Program-made: the position numbers and the translations under genes
Shown: positions 53,002 to 53,128 of the stretch, piece by piece
How the letters are laid out: every line of letters starts with the position of its first letter
Position numbering within the stretch: position 1 is the first letter of the stretch
Notes under the pieces: model-generated
Database searches by the model: none
What the model saw: the letters and a program-made list of their open reading frames with translations, nothing else
Told to the model about the DNA's origin: nothing
IMG/VR virus record: IMGVR_UViG_3300043400_000014
Span: 1 to 53,128 of that record
DNA from: a virus
Length of the DNA stretch: 53,128 nt
Strand: one strand, 5' to 3'

Positions 53002-53128
53002 AAGTGATTGAAATCATCTGGAAATCTTAACTTCCCTATCTTTCTTAACTTTAAAAGGGGGGGTAGTAAATTTAGATATACACGGGGCAATATAAAGTCA
53101 GGTAAGTAAGTTAAGTAAGTTAAGATTG
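53002..53128. other. 127-nt terminal redundancy of the window (identical to 1..127 and to 26114..26240), indicating circular closure of the assembly
   Basis: Base-by-base identity. 127 nt is a common maximum k-mer for de Bruijn assemblers, so this is most likely an assembly overlap and not a physical terminal repeat. Confidence 0.85.

Noticed and set aside
53002-53128. A physical direct terminal repeat (DTR) of 127 bp
   Set aside because: The length equals a typical assembler k-mer overlap, and the identity stops only because the window ends. The underlying repeat unit is 269 bp and also occurs internally. Physical termini cannot be inferred without read data.
1-53128. Lysogeny or plasmid-maintenance functions (integrase, CI/Cro-like repressor, ParAB) and defence or anti-defence systems such as restriction-modification, toxin-antitoxin or retrons
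   Set aside because: I found no recognisable motifs for any of these by eye. Absence cannot be proven without profile searches, so I make no claim beyond saying none was seen.

Overview
The window is a complete tailed-phage genome assembled as a circle. Bases 53002..53128 repeat 1..127, so the unit length is 53,001 bp. Every convincing gene lies on the minus strand, tightly packed with many ATGA/TGATG junctions. The genome splits into two roughly 26-kb co-directional blocks. Each block is preceded by a near-identical 269-bp direct repeat: copy A is 52949..53001 joined to 1..216, and copy B is 26061..26329. They differ at one base. Each copy holds 10 CTTAAC hexamers, including five CGTCTTAAC 9-mers, two long inverted repeats and an AT-rich core with a G7 tract.

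Block 1 (25988 down to 216) encodes replication, recombination and nucleotide metabolism:
- SNF2 helicase and RecD/Dda-like helicase
- class II ribonucleotide reductase interrupted by a 137-aa mini-intein
- family A DNA polymerase and a primase-polymerase/SF3 helicase
- DEDDh exonuclease and VRR-NUC nuclease
- dCMP deaminase and a MazG-like enzyme
- a protein consisting only of a DnaA domain IV

Block 1 also carries a contiguous cassette that looks like a thymidine hypermodification pathway. It contains a ThyA-like pyrimidine hydroxymethylase, two different aGPT-Pplase-like genes flanking a P-loop kinase, a radical SAM enzyme and a PLP enzyme.

Block 2 (52891 down to 26331) encodes the virion and lysis functions:
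- TerS and TerL, then a 4-gene insertion, then portal, MuF-like protein, scaffold, decoration protein and major capsid
- a protein carrying a perfect 345-bp in-frame tandem duplication
- neck, sheath, tube, chaperones with a -1 frameshift, tape measure, baseplate and fibres, indicating a contractile tail
- a Gram-negative-type lysis cassette: endolysin, holin and overlapped spanins

No integrase, repressor, tRNA or CRISPR array was seen. All family names come from motif recognition by eye. No database search or folding calculation was run.
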